From the human T2T-CHM13v2.0 reference genome, Homo sapiens, in NCBI RefSeq assembly GCF_009914755.1, contig NC_060930.1: a DNA stretch of 64,000 bases; one strand, 5' to 3'. This document shows, piece after piece, positions 1 to 12,427 of this stretch. The notes under the pieces are model-generated. The model was not told the origin of the DNA. It saw only the letters and a list, made by a program, of their open reading frames with translations, and searched no databases. Numbering within the stretch: the stretch's first letter is position 1; each line of letters begins with the position of its first letter. The translations under genes were made by a program, and so were the position numbers.

Positions 1-614
1 ACATTTTCCAGTTGGCCTCCTGTACGCTTTGGATGTTAGCACTTTCCTGGATCTGGATTTTTCTCCCCCAGCAAAGAAACAAACCTACTTTCTCACTGAC
101 TGACTATCATGAGTAGGGTTCTGTATCTGCCATGAGCACATCCTAATGCAATGGACTATTTAGACATCTGATTTTTCCATTTGCAAACTCAAGGAGAGCT
201 TGGGTAGACAGCATTTATTTCTTTTTTAGCATTAGAATCCAAAACAGTGTGAAAAACAATGGTTATCACTGTAATGTTTAACATCTATTGAACATTTGGA
301 ATGTGAAAGCAGTACACTACATATTTTGTAGGCATTCCTCAGTACAATGTAGATGAGAACATTGTGGCACAGAAATGTGCAGAAACTTTCTCAAGTTCAC
401 ACAGCATGAGTGATGATACCTTGTTGAAACTCACTTAATTATACTCCAGAGCTCACCTAATACGCCTCCAACTCTACAGTGCCCTCTTCAGTATATACTA
501 TATTTCTACTAGGTAAATGTAACTTTCTGAACAGTAATGCCTGCATCTTCGCTTCCATGCCCCCCTGTAACCCAGCACCCATGATTTTTTATTTTATATT
601 TATATTTTCTATTT

Positions 615-1180
615 TCTATTTTTTCTATTACCAATGTTATTGGTATTTTGAAAAGTATTGCATAACATCTGTAGATTGCTTTGGGCAGTTGAACATCTTG
701 ACAACATTGATTCTTCCAATCCATGAACATAACAAATATATATTTTTTTCTGTGTGTGTGTCCTCTTCAATCGTTTGCATTGGTGTTTTATAGTTTTCAT
801 TGTAGAGCTCTTTCCCCTCTTTGGTTAAGTTCATTCCTGAGTATTTTATTTTATTTTATTTTATTTTATTTTATTTTATTTTATTTTATTTTATTTGTAG
901 CTATTGTAAATCGGATTACTTTCTTGATTTCTTTTTCAGATTGTTCATTCTTGGCATATAGAAATGCTACTGATTTTTGTATGCTGATTTTGTATTCCTG
1001 CAACTTTACTGAATTTGTTTATAAGTTCTAATAGTTTTTTTTTTGGTGGAGTCTTTTTCTTTGTTTATTTCAAATATAACATCATATCATCTGGAAACAA
1101 GGATAATTTGACTTCTTCCTTTTGAATTTAGATGTCCTTATTTCTTTTTCTTTTCTGATTGCTCTAGCCAGGACTTCCTC
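615..1180 (-). mobile_element. Older LINE-1 (L1M/L1PB-like) ORF2 fragment, antisense
   Basis: Matches the reverse complement of L1 ORF2 (ctgtagattgctttgggcag...attcttccaatccatgaaca...gaaatgctactgatttttgtatgctgattttgtattcctgcaactttactgaattt...aaggataatttgacttcttcc). Minus ORF 637..834 translates as L1-like KELYNENYKT...[12 protein letters not shown]. Confidence 0.9.
842..896. repeat. (TATTT)11 pentanucleotide microsatellite inside the L1 fragment
   Basis: Read directly: 11 perfect TATTT units. Confidence 0.95.
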
Positions 1181-1199
1181 GGAGCTATGTTTTGAACTT

Positions 1200-1670
1200 T
1201 GAACTTGATCTAGTGGATGGACAACTGAGAGCCACTGAAGTTTGTCAAAGTGTATTTAGCATGATAATTTTCACTTTCTGGAGATAATTTATGACTACAT
1301 TGTGAGAGTGGGCCATTGGAGTAAAATACATGAGATCAGTCATTTCATTGAAAGAAAATGGTGCTCTGAGTTAAGATGGTAGATAAAAATATAGGTGAAG
1401 AAAGAGGAGATAAAGTGCTGCTAGCATTTTGACTTGGACAACTGAGTGAGTCAAAAATCCTAGTTACTGGGTTTAGGAAAACACAAACACAAGAGATTCA
1501 GGAGAATGGAGAATTTTGGTACATTGTGCTTAATCTGCCATTGGGATATAGAACCAGAGGTGCCTTAGAGGCAGCAACATGTATTGCCCAGAGGCTGAAG
1601 AAAGACCTAGACAGATACGTAGAATTTGGAATCTGAGAATAGAGATGGTTAGTTAGTTGAAGCTTTTTGA
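1200..1670 (-). mobile_element. Degraded LINE-2 fragment
   Basis: Purine-rich antisense L2-like text (gagagccactgaag..., gacttggacaactgagtgag..., gaatttggaatc...agatggttagttagttgaagc). Confidence 0.55.
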
Positions 1671-1951
1671 CTGTGCACTCCCACTAGCAGTTCTATGTCC
1701 TCAATGCCTTGTGGCACACATCCTATTTCAATCACCACAACCTGCATCACCATCTTGTATTAACTCTATCTCCTTAGTCAGACTATTTAATTTTGCTGGG
1801 CTTTAATTATCTGTAACACAGCAGGTGTCATACATTAGGGGGAAAATATATTTTGAGAGTTCTTAAAATTGGTCCACATTTTTTGTTTCAACTATCTAAT
1901 AAGCTGTGTGATGTTTTCCTAATTAGAAAGGTTTTTTTTCCTTAATTTTGG

Positions 1952-1985
1952 AATCTTTAAGAATCTTTAAAGATTCTTAAAGATT
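1952..1985. repeat. Perfect 34-bp palindrome with no spacer
   Basis: aatctttaagaatcttt (1952-1968) is the exact reverse complement of aaagattcttaaagatt (1969-1985). Confidence 0.97.
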
Positions 1986-2029
1986 TGGAATCTTCAAGAA
2001 TTTCTATTTAAAAGTAAATTGTATTAACC

Positions 2030-2650
2030 AGTAATAACAGTAAATAAGCAAATCATTCTCACTGTGTGCCAGACACTATCTGAAGCAATTTACATATTTA
2101 ATCCATTCAATTTGTTATAAAACCCTCTAGGTAGGTACTATTGTTTCCACTTATTTAACAGATGAGGACACTGGGGAAAAAGAGTTGATATGGTTTGGCT
2201 CTGTTCCCACCCAGATCTCGAACTGTAGTTCCCATAATTCCCATATGTCATGGGAGGTACCCAGTAGGAGGTAATTGAATCATGAGGGCGGGTCTTCTCC
2301 CACACTATTCTCATGGTAGTGAATAAGTCTCACAAGATCTGATGGTTTTATAAAGAGAAGTTCCACTGAATGTGCTTTCTCTCTTGCCTGCCGCCATGTA
2401 AGATGTGGCTTTGCTCCTCCTTGCCTTCCGCCATGATTGTGAGGCCTCATCAGTCTTGCTGAACTGTGAGTCAATTAAACCTCTTTCCTTTGTAAATTAC
2501 CCAGTCTCAGGTATGTCTTTACAAGCAGAGTGAGAACAGACTAATATAAGAGGTTAAGAAAATTACTCAACATCCCACAGCTAGTGGCAGAAATTGAACC
2601 CAGACAATCTAACTCCAGAGTCTGTGTTAATTATCATTAACCTATACTAC
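2030..2650 (-). mobile_element. MIR SINE split by a THE1 LTR insertion
   Basis: tgtgccagacactat...aggtaggtactattg...acagatgaggacactggg, then the LTR, then agaggttaag...cacagctagtggcagaaattgaacccagacaatctaactccagag; this continues the MIR consensus across the insertion. Confidence 0.85.
2186..2548 (+). mobile_element. THE1 (ERVL-MaLR) solo LTR, THE1B/C-like
   Basis: Starts tgatatggtttggct and ends gtgagaacagactaatata. Contains hallmark gaggtaattgaatcatg, gatctgatggttttataaa and gaactgtgagtcaattaaacctctttcc. 5-bp TSD agagt (2181-2185) / agagg (2549-2553). Confidence 0.95.
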
Positions 2651-4224
2651 TGTTAATTTCTTAACTTGGATGATTTGCTAATGAAGAATTGTTTTAGTGA
2701 TGTTAGATTGTATGATAAGTGCAATTGCTTATAAAGTAAAGATTTTCCAGAATGGGATTCAGTTTGGGTGAACTTTCATAGGTTGGAAACGAAGGTGTAG
2801 CTTCTTAAGCTGTTTTTGATGCCCAGGTCAAGCAGTGGGACAGGCACTCTGTTGACCTTCTTTGCCATTCAGATGTGGAAGAGGCCAGCACATGACTGGT
2901 AGAGGGGATATAAATGGAGGTGTGGTAGTTACTAAAGCAGGGCCCATCAAAGACACTTTTCAGGCACTTTATAACAGCACCTGTCTTTCCTCAGTTTTTC
3001 CACACAACTACGTGTTTAACCATCTGTATGTGTGCAGGAAAGTTATTGACAAGATGTAGTTCAAAATTCCTGGTTAATCTGATGAAAAGTGAGAGAGTCT
3101 TTAGGTACAAATAATCAGTAAAGCATTTCAAATATTCTATAGTAACTTCTCCCTGCCTCCACTTCTTTTCATTTCACTCATTTTATCTTGATTCTGTTGT
3201 AACAGATGCCGATAGAGTTTTTGACACTGAGAATGCCAGATCCATCATTAACATGTTGCCAAACTGGGAAGGATTTGCTAACAATATGTTTTGCCTGCAT
3301 CACTTCACTTCTTTTAATAGAGAAACCCATTTGAATAACATCTGAATAAAGGAGGTAATAATAGTAGCCTAAAAGCAGAAGCCAGATTGGAATAATAAAC
3401 AACTGACCAGAATCTTCACCCTGAATGAAAATTAAATGTCATTAGAGTAATTTTGAAGGCACAAAATAATCTGTCAATGCTAAACCTTTCTTCCAGCCTT
3501 TTCCCGCTACCCTTCCTGCTACCATATTTTTAACATAGTGCTCATTGTTGCCCCTCTTGGCTTTACCTAGGATTTAAGAAAAGATAGATTAGATTGACAT
3601 TAAAGGAATTTTGAAGTATCAGCAAGAACATATTATTCTGAAATTGGTTACCAATTTTAATTCTTTCTAAATTATGTATCAATTAGTGCATGCCACTATT
3701 TTCACATATATGCAATATCAAAATTGATATAAGGCATAAAGAAAATATTTTCCTCTTTTAAATTTCAAATATCTAAAAATGCTATAATATTATATTACAC
3801 TAATATGTGTTCATCTTTGCGTGTGTCTGAGAGAGCAGAGGGAGCTAGAAAGAACAAGAGAGAGAGGAGAGAAAATTGAATTATTGGTAGTATGGAATTC
3901 AGACTCATCTATTTATAATAGTATTACAAATTTGTTGTAAGAAAGGATGATTGCTTCATATGACAACAGTAAGATAAGCATGTCCCCATCTACAAAATAT
4001 AAAGGGTAGAGAGCTGAAAAACAGATATGCATATGGGAGAGGCATTTGAAAAAGCTGTTTTATTTTATGGTTAGTTTACCAGAAGTAAACATATAGGTTT
4101 TGTTTTTGCTATTGTTAATTGTTTCTGTAGTACTAAATATGAAATTGCTCATAAATTCTATGTGTACGCTTTGGTGAATGTACCCATGTAACGAGTACCC
4201 AGAACAAAAGGAAACAATTGACAG

Positions 4225-4612
4225 AGTAAAGATATAATCTATGGAATGAGAGACTGACGCCATGCACACATCCCAAGGCTATATCAAAGGCTTATTAATT
4301 AATTGCATAACTAAGGTCCATGAGGGCAGCTGGAAAGGCCTCCAAAATGGCACTTCCAAAATGGCTTGAGAGACCAAAATAAAGGAGACTGGCTGGGGTT
4401 TTTAATTGTGAGTAGAAGTTGACATTTGGGTGAGGGTTCCACACATGGACAGGGGCTGACATGGTCTGAATTTCTCACTGTTGTAAAAGTGGACATTACC
4501 CTGGCTTTTTCATCAGCTTGCCCAGATGTGAGTCAGAAGGGGAAGGAGGAGATGTGAGGTTTAAAATATGTCAGCAGCCAAAATTTTAAAAATGGAGTCA
4601 GATGACATATGA
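4225..4612 (-). mobile_element. ERVL-type solo LTR (MER54/MER74-group-like)
   Basis: Ends catcagcttgcccagatgtg...gtgaggtttaaaatatgtcagcagccaaattttaaaaatggagtcaga, the reverse complement of the remembered start of this LTR group. Subfamily is uncertain. Confidence 0.6.
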
Positions 4613-4624
4613 CATGCACATTCT

Positions 4625-5455
4625 GTAAGCCAGGCATGCGTAGTCACTTAGGATATAGAAATGGACAAAACAGACCCCTAACGTCACTGAGATTTCAATT
4701 CTATTTAGGGAAGACAGAAAATGCACAACACATATAATACACAAGTGAAACAAATAGTATGAGAGATTCAGATGTGTGATGTGGAAAACAAAAGAGTAGA
4801 CTAGAGGAAGGAGGTTCAGAGATGCAGAGTATGGGGAAGGGTGCAGTTTTAAACAGGATGGTCAGGTTGGGCCTCTGAGAAGGGGATGTTAAGCAAGTAC
4901 TTGAAGCAGATATGAAGATGTTAGCCATACAGAACCCTGAAGGTAGAAGCGACAGCCACTGCAAAGACCCTAAGGAAGCAAGGTACCTGCTGGAATATCT
5001 GAGAAACTGCAAGGAGTCAGGTGTGAAGGAGGGTAGTGAGGGAGGGGAGGAGGAGCAGGAGATGAGGTCATAGAGGTGAAAGGGACACAGACTATACAAG
5101 GTATTACAGACTATTGCAAGAAATTACAGTGAGATGGGGAGCAGTGAGAGAGGCTGAGCATAGGTGTGGCATGATCTAATTTATCTTATAAAAAGATCCC
5201 TTTAGGTGCTGCATTGAAGATACTAGAAGGGAAAGGGGAAACCCTCCGAGTCAGGAGGCTCCAGTTAGGAGGCTATTATTGTAATCAAGGTGAGAAATGA
5301 TTTTGACTCAGACCAGAGTGTAAAGAATAGTATACGGATTTTAACATATACTTTGAGAGTAAAGTCAACAGGATTTACTGTCAGGTTGGATGTGAATGTG
5401 AAAGGAAGGTAGGGGTCAAGGAAGACTTCAATGCTTTTGGCTTAGGCAACTATGG
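4625..5455 (-). mobile_element. LINE-2 3' region fragment
   Basis: gccaggc...ggatatagaaatggacaaaacagacc, ggtcaggttgggcctctgagaaggggatg, ggcatgatctaatttatc, ccagttaggaggctattattgtaatcaaggtgagaaatga are typical antisense L2 text. Confidence 0.85.
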
Positions 5456-5649
5456 GCACCCGGTGCAGGTGAAACAGATTTTTATAAAAACACATGAATT
5501 AAGCCAAGTTTCTGCCTTCCATCACTCTGTTCAAGGCACAGTTTTATAATACATTATAATGGTATTATGGGTAAGGTGGAAACATACCTTAAAATATAAA
5601 TAAGCAACGAATTGAGACACAATTGAGGCAAAATAGGTAATGATTCAGT

Positions 5650-6000
5650 ATATAAACACGAGTGTCAAATTATTGGTTTCAAATCCAGACTCTGCCTGTA
5701 TATTGCAAAGTGATTTTTCAGCAAATCAGTGACTTTTTTCATACCCACATCTCCTCTTATGCAAAATGAAAATGAGCATATATATGTATTATGGATAGGA
5801 TGTTGGCATGTAGAGACCATGGACTTTAGATTTTAAGTTAATTTGAGTCCTCGCTAAATTCCTTAATAAATTATAATACTATCTTCACCTCTTTAATCTC
5901 AATTTCTTTCTTTGAAAAGCAAGAAAAATAATACCTAACTTGTGTACTTTGTAAGGGTTAAAAAGTTCTATATTTGGCACAAATTAGATATCAATTTATT
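5650..6000 (+). mobile_element. Two degraded MIR fragments
   Basis: ggtttcaaatccagactctgcc...ctcctcttatgcaaaatgaaaat and ctcaatttctttctttgaaaagcaagaaaaataatacctaac resemble the MIR core. Confidence 0.55.
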
Positions 6001-7423
6001 GAAAACTAATTACTTGCCATTTTCTTCATTGAAATGTTTATTTTTCCTCTTCAAAAATGACTTAAATAAGCTTACAGATTTCCATTCCATCTCCTTTTTT
6101 TTTCTTACTTCTATTAACAAATGTACATAGCACAGAATGGTCTTCAGAAAGCAGCATTATCCTTGAGATAGTGGAAAGATGGTAAAATAGAAACTAACTG
6201 TTTAAACTACCCTTTCTTTGTTTCTGCTTCAAAACAGCCTAATAATGACACCATCTCAACTAGGAAATGTTGTGAATTAGATAAAGTTTATGTTTAATTT
6301 TCTTCCTATCACTTTTATTCTACCATGTTTCTACTTTCTGTCAGTTTTTACATCACTAATAAATCCTCAACTTGAAATCTTCACAATAACATAAGTAAAT
6401 AATAATTCACATGTAGTGGATTAAATCATAGTGAATATGCAACACTCATCAGTTCATTCCCCATGTATTGAAGGTATTTGCAAATTAAATAGGGAAAACT
6501 TAACTGTGTAAGCTGAGGCGACCTTCTGTGTGGGGTACTATTAGACTAGTCTGCCCCACATGGCAGTAATGATATAGCCATACACAGTGGTTGAAGTCCC
6601 TAGTTTCAGATGCTTTTAACACTAAAAAGGGAGCATTTTATTTCAGGATATTGATACGTATGTTAAATTTTCAGCTGCGAACTATGATAAAATTCATATT
6701 AAGCCATGTTCTCTATGCAGGGCATCTAATATTAAGCATTAACATGTGTAAATATATTTCTAAAATATGTTTGAAAATATATATACATAATAGTTAGCCA
6801 TAGTCATAATAAGGTATTAGGTTATACAACCAATCTTCTGAAGTCGAACATTTTTTAATGTTCCAACACCCTTATCAGAAAAGGTTTGATGCTAACCACT
6901 GAACATCTCTGTGGTAGAGATTCATGTTTTGCATCAGCTCTCTTGCATCTTGAGAGGTCTGTACACACCAATTAGAGAGATAAAGTGCTGAAATTGTTGC
7001 TTTCTGTCTTCCTTTTAAATGTGAAAGTACCTGTAAAATACTGCTTGTTACCTGCATATTGTCTTTGCCTATTTTTCAAATGGGGCAACAGGAAGACTTA
7101 AATCTCCCTAAACTCATAATAGAAATGTATCTTTGGTAAAATGCTCATTTTGCAAATACAGCAACAAAGGATTTTAGACTATCACTGTATTTCTATGCTA
7201 AACTAATAAGCAAACAAATGACATGAAAAACAATCAAAAAACAAAACAAAAGTTAAATAAAGTTCTGGTAATTTCTATAAGAAACTTTTATTATTCAGAC
7301 TATTTTATTTATTATTTGCAGTTCATTCTGGTATGCATCATTCATTCATTTTTCATCAAAACTTGATTACTCACATATTTTTATTTTAGGTGCTATGAAC
7401 TTGGAGATGGATATGGACCCTGA

Positions 7424-7723
<300 letters not shown>

Positions 7724-8327
7724 GATACTTTACTCTTGTAACCAATTTTTTGAAACAATTGGGATTAAAAATTCCTGATGTCTGTCCCATTAGATGTCAC
7801 TGTTATATAGCTTTGTGCTTAATCCAAGCCTCAAAGCTTCATTGGTATGTATTGTGCAACAAGATAAATAAGTAAATAAACAAACAAACAAATAAATAAA
7901 TGAAAGATATAATTCCTGCTCTAAAGTTGCTTAAAATATCATAAATGTATGGATGCAAGTCTCTGAGAAAAGCCTTATTAGAAAATAAACAGTTACCAAA
8001 TAATATATTAATAGGCAACAGGAAAAACATCCTACTTTACTGAAATTTATTTCCACCTTGATTTGGTAATTCATTCATTCATTTACTCAGCCCACATATT
8101 AGGCTCATACTGTGGTCTAAGGGATGTGCTTCACATTGGAGTATGGAAATAAATGAAGTTTTATTTATTTCTATATAACAAAAGTTATCGATAATCAAAT
8201 AATCACTCTGCAATATGATAAACATGAGGGAGAAGTGTAGACAAATGTAACAGATTTTAGGAGAAAGAATAATTCCATCTAAAGTATTGTATAAGATTTA
8301 ATATAGGGTATTTTGAAGGACAAGTAG

Positions 8328-8435
8328 CAGGGACAGGACTAGGGTGAAGGAATTGAGGCATTATCCTTGAGTGCAAAATTTAAGGTGGTCTCAAAAATCG
8401 TTAAGTAAGATAAATAATATTTTAGTAAGATATCT
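8328..8435 (+). mobile_element. hAT DNA transposon 5' end, MER96B-like
   Basis: cagggacaggactagggtgaaggaattgaggca...tgcaaaatttaaggtgg...aagataaataatattttag matches the remembered MER96B start. Confidence 0.7.
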
Positions 8436-8442
8436 GTAAAAA

Positions 8443-8504
8443 CCAAGTTGGCAAACTATGGACCATGGGCTAGCCACTTATTTTTGTAAATAAAGTTTTA
8501 TTGG
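8443..8504 (+). mobile_element. MER58-like (hAT-Charlie) 5' fragment
   Basis: gttggcaaactatggaccatgggc...tttttgtaaataaagttttattgg matches the MER58 start. Confidence 0.75.
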
Positions 8505-10182
8505 GCTTTCACCAAATGAGGATATGGAGGTAAAATTTTTCTGGGAGAGGAAATAGCGTGAGAAAACACTTGAAGTTTTGAAAATGATATGTGACATATC
8601 TAAGAATAACAACCAGCCCTGTGAGATTTTAAAGAATACGTGAATGGAAGTGGCTTTGTTTTGTTTTAATGTGATGTTTTGGATTATAGAGTCATTTTAT
8701 CTTCTTTTAAAGTTTCTATTTTGCAGGAAGTAATTAATTGAATGTATTGACTTTGAACTGCTTGTGATTTGTTTGAAGACTTGATAGACCTGTAATAATA
8801 TCTGTTAAATTGAATCTTTTCCTTACCATGTTAAGAAAGTTAGAAGGAAGAAGAGATAGAGAGGGTAGGGGGATACTGAAAAAGAATGTAGAAAAAAGAA
8901 GATAAGGACTTAGAAACACATTTTCTTCTATGCAATGTTGCTGGTCTGTTACACGTGAAACAAGAATAGGTGTAAATAAGTGGAAGATTTGTAGAACCCA
9001 TGTATTTACAGAGTAGTAAGGTAGCATGTAATAAGAGCAAAACTACATGGGAAACATTTGTTTTCTTTTAAGAAATAAAATTCTATATATAATTTAAAAG
9101 AAAATATCTATGTTATCCCATGATTTTATAGATTGAATAAAGGCATATACTGTGGAAAAGTGGAGAGTATTAAAAAGGATAAATAAAAGATATATACAAC
9201 AATAGGAAAAACAGACACAGAAATGTTCAAAAGGACAATGCTTACCAAAAGCAGTATACCTAGTTGTGTACCATATGAGGATCACAATGATAGTTTTTCT
9301 ATTTTATGTGAATGGTATCATACGCATGTATATTTGAACTGCACGTACATCAAGATTTGATTACATCAGGGCTCAATTTTCAGCATATTATGGGCTCTTC
9401 CATAAAGCTCACCATTAAACGTCAAGGTCAACAATGAATTCATTCATAATGTAGGAAACTCATGGACCCGAGGAAAAACCCTTAAGTACATAAGGACATG
9501 ACAGCCTAAAATCCAGCTGGGTCACCACTTAATGACCGTGTACTAAAGAACTCTAAGGATGTGTAGACCTCCCATCTGGCAACTTGGATCACAGATGCAA
9601 TGCTGAATTAGAGTGGGTCATGCATCTCAACTTACCTATTGTGTGGCTTTTGCCAAGTCTGCCTATGGCTGATATGCTTTTCTTTAAAATAGAAGTAATT
9701 CTTACAAGCAACTTCAAAGCAATATCAAATACACTGATGAATAAACTAGTAATTACCAAGCTCCATTATGCACTGCCTTCATTCCCAGGAATTTACAATA
9801 AAAAAGTAAGTTGTCATCAAGTACGGCATCAAAACATAAAGTAGAATCATATCAGGATAGCTCTTTTGCCCCCAGGTTCATCATTATTTTTAGTCACAGT
9901 CTTGACTGAGCAACTACTAAATATGAACCACCAAACTGAGAGAGGTGGAATAACAAAGTGAAAGATGCCTAGAGCAATAAACGGATTTTAATTTTTTTTT
10001 TAAGCCTCCATCTCTCTAGTGTCCGTTTGTGATAGAAGGTTTGAGAGAAGACATCACAAAATTCAGCAACATAAACAAAAATGTGATGCTCAGTACCTGA
10101 GCACATGTACTTGGCAGGGCGTTCCTCAATGAGAGCTTAGAGTACTTCTCAGAAATATGGCAATGGGTCATTTGGACAGAGT

Positions 10183-10195
10183 GGTCACTGTGACC
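10183..10195. promoter_or_regulatory. Perfect estrogen response element core GGTCAnnnTGACC (motif only)
   Basis: GGTCACTGTGACC read directly. Function is not demonstrated. Confidence 0.5.
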
Positions 10196-10637
10196 ATGTC
10201 TCGTGGCAATGTTCATTTTTCTTTCACTTATGCAGAAGCTATCTGCCCTGGGTAATTATTTTGAGAGCCTGAATATCTGTATAAACACTTACTTTTGCCA
10301 TAATGTTACAAAATTCCCTTAGCAGTTTATATTTTCCATATTCAGTTATATTTATTACCTTATGCCATGACAGCCTTATCATATCAGGAAGTTATCCACC
10401 ATGATGATTGCAAACAAACTGACATGTCCAAAATGAAAGAAAAATAAATAAATATTGTTATGTCATTAGCAGGAAGTGAAAAACTTTCAGGTTCTAAGCA
10501 CAGTCTGGCCAAACTATATTCAGCCAAGAATTATTCACTGCTTTGTATGCTGCTGCTGTCATAACCTCTGGACTTTATCATGCCCTCCTCTCTCCTGCCT
10601 TAAAGATGCCCCTCTATTAAGATGTACAAATAGGAGA

Positions 10638-10658
10638 TATATATATATATATATATAT
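10638..10658. repeat. Short (TA)n microsatellite
   Basis: Read directly. Confidence 0.9.
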
Positions 10659-11827
10659 AATATATTTTAGTTTATTCCTTCTTCTGTCAACTTCTCAAAA
10701 ATGCTTGACTAGTCTTTCTTGTTCAACCCTTTCACTTCTTCTGAACTCTTCCTTCAGTTTTGACCAAATCAAACTGATCGAATTTATTTTTGGATAAAGT
10801 TTCTTACTTCAGGAATTTCTTTCTGACCTACTGTGTTCCCTTATGAATTCTGAATCTAGGTATTAATAAAGTTCCTGTCACTTTCTTGGGTTTATCATGC
10901 AGACTAGTGTCAACGTAAGTATCTGTCACAGAATTTGAAAAACTGTGAGTCTGCTGAGACCTGCATTTAAAGTGTTATGTAACACAGATGGCATTACCAG
11001 TGCATCTTAGCATCTGCATCAGGGTATATTGTGGGTCAAATGCCCACTTCAGAGGTACCAGGAACTGGGAAAGAAAGGCATCAGAGTTCATATTATCTAT
11101 TCTTGAATAACTATTAATTCCCTCATTCATCCATTTCATTTAAATTTATTTTAGTTATTGTTTCTCAGCCTGCTCATTTCTCTCTATTATCTACTAGAGT
11201 CTTAGAGCTGAGGCATTATACAGCATTCTTTCCAAGCCGGAGGAAAATCATTTAGTAAGGCTCTTTGCCCCAGTAGTAAAAAAAATTAAATTTACTCTGC
11301 ACTCTCACCCATGAGAGATTGAGGTGCCAAAATAAAAAGAAATAGTCTGACAAAACCTGGGTACAAAGAATCTGATGCTAAATAAGGTAACAAATCACAT
11401 AGTTGAATGCCATTTTTTTCAGGTAACCCCAGGTATACTGAATATACTTTCAAGACAAAATCCTGAAAGAAATAAAAGCATGTAAATAATTCCAGTCATA
11501 CAAAATCAATGAGAGAGAAACTATTTAAAAATCAAAGTTAATAATAAGGGAGCTTTTCAAAAACTCTTAAGGGTTATTTTTATCTTACAAAATATATAAT
11601 TATGATAAATCTGGATTATGTTACATATTGAACATGCACTTTAGATGTGTAGGGAAAATATGGTTCCTGGAGAGAGGCCTGCTAACCTAACACCAACTCT
11701 GATAAAGACAAAAGAAAGAAAATCTACAAAGCACACTATGAAGAATTAAAAATAATGTAGAGTTCTCATCCTTGTTGGGTTGCACTAAATGACCAAAATA
11801 TCCTAGCAAGCTTTTAAAGTATCATCG

Positions 11828-12382
11828 TATTATAGGTTATCTGTCAGCATTTGGTGTATAATAAACAGTCCTCAAACATAGTGGCTTAAAACAATCACTT
11901 ATTTAGCTCACAGTTCTGGTAGGCAGTTCTTCTGGTCTGGCCAAACTTACCTGATCTGAACATAGCTAGTCAGTGAGTCTATAGGCAGCTGGTGTGCTTT
12001 CTAGGGCTGGAAGATTTCAAATGGCTTCCCTCCCATATGGAGAAGTTGGCTGATCATCAGCCAGGGCAGCAGAGGTAATTGGACCATGTGTTTTCGATTG
12101 TCTAGTAGGCTAGCCTCTATTTATTTATGTGGTAGCCTTTTTTTTTCCAAGACCAGCAAAAAAGGAAATTATAAAACCTTTTGCTATTTAGGCTTAAAAC
12201 CGATACAATCTCACTATTGCCAGTTTCCAATGATCATAAAAATTCTCAAGGACTGCCTATATATGCTCACCGATTACGATCACTGCTCACTGACTGCAGC
12301 CTCGACATCCTCCCAGGCGCAATTCTCCCACCTCAGTCCCCTGAGCAGCTGGGACTACAAGTTTGTGCCACCATGACCAACT

Positions 12383-12427
<45 letters not shown>

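Larger units (their letters stand above)
8070..8600 (-). mobile_element. LINE-2 3' fragment interrupted by hAT pieces
   Basis: ttcattcattcatttact tail. L2 text ttttgaaggacaagtag resumes after 8504 as ggctttcaccaaatgagg...gggagaggaaatagcgtgagaaaac. Confidence 0.55.

Noticed and set aside
4701-5099. 132-aa minus-strand ORF
   Set aside because: S/L/P/F-rich translation of an L2 relic; no evidence of a host gene.
6529-6560. Small hairpin tgtgggg...ccccaca around agactagtct as a pre-miRNA
   Set aside because: The stem is far too short and is expected by chance.
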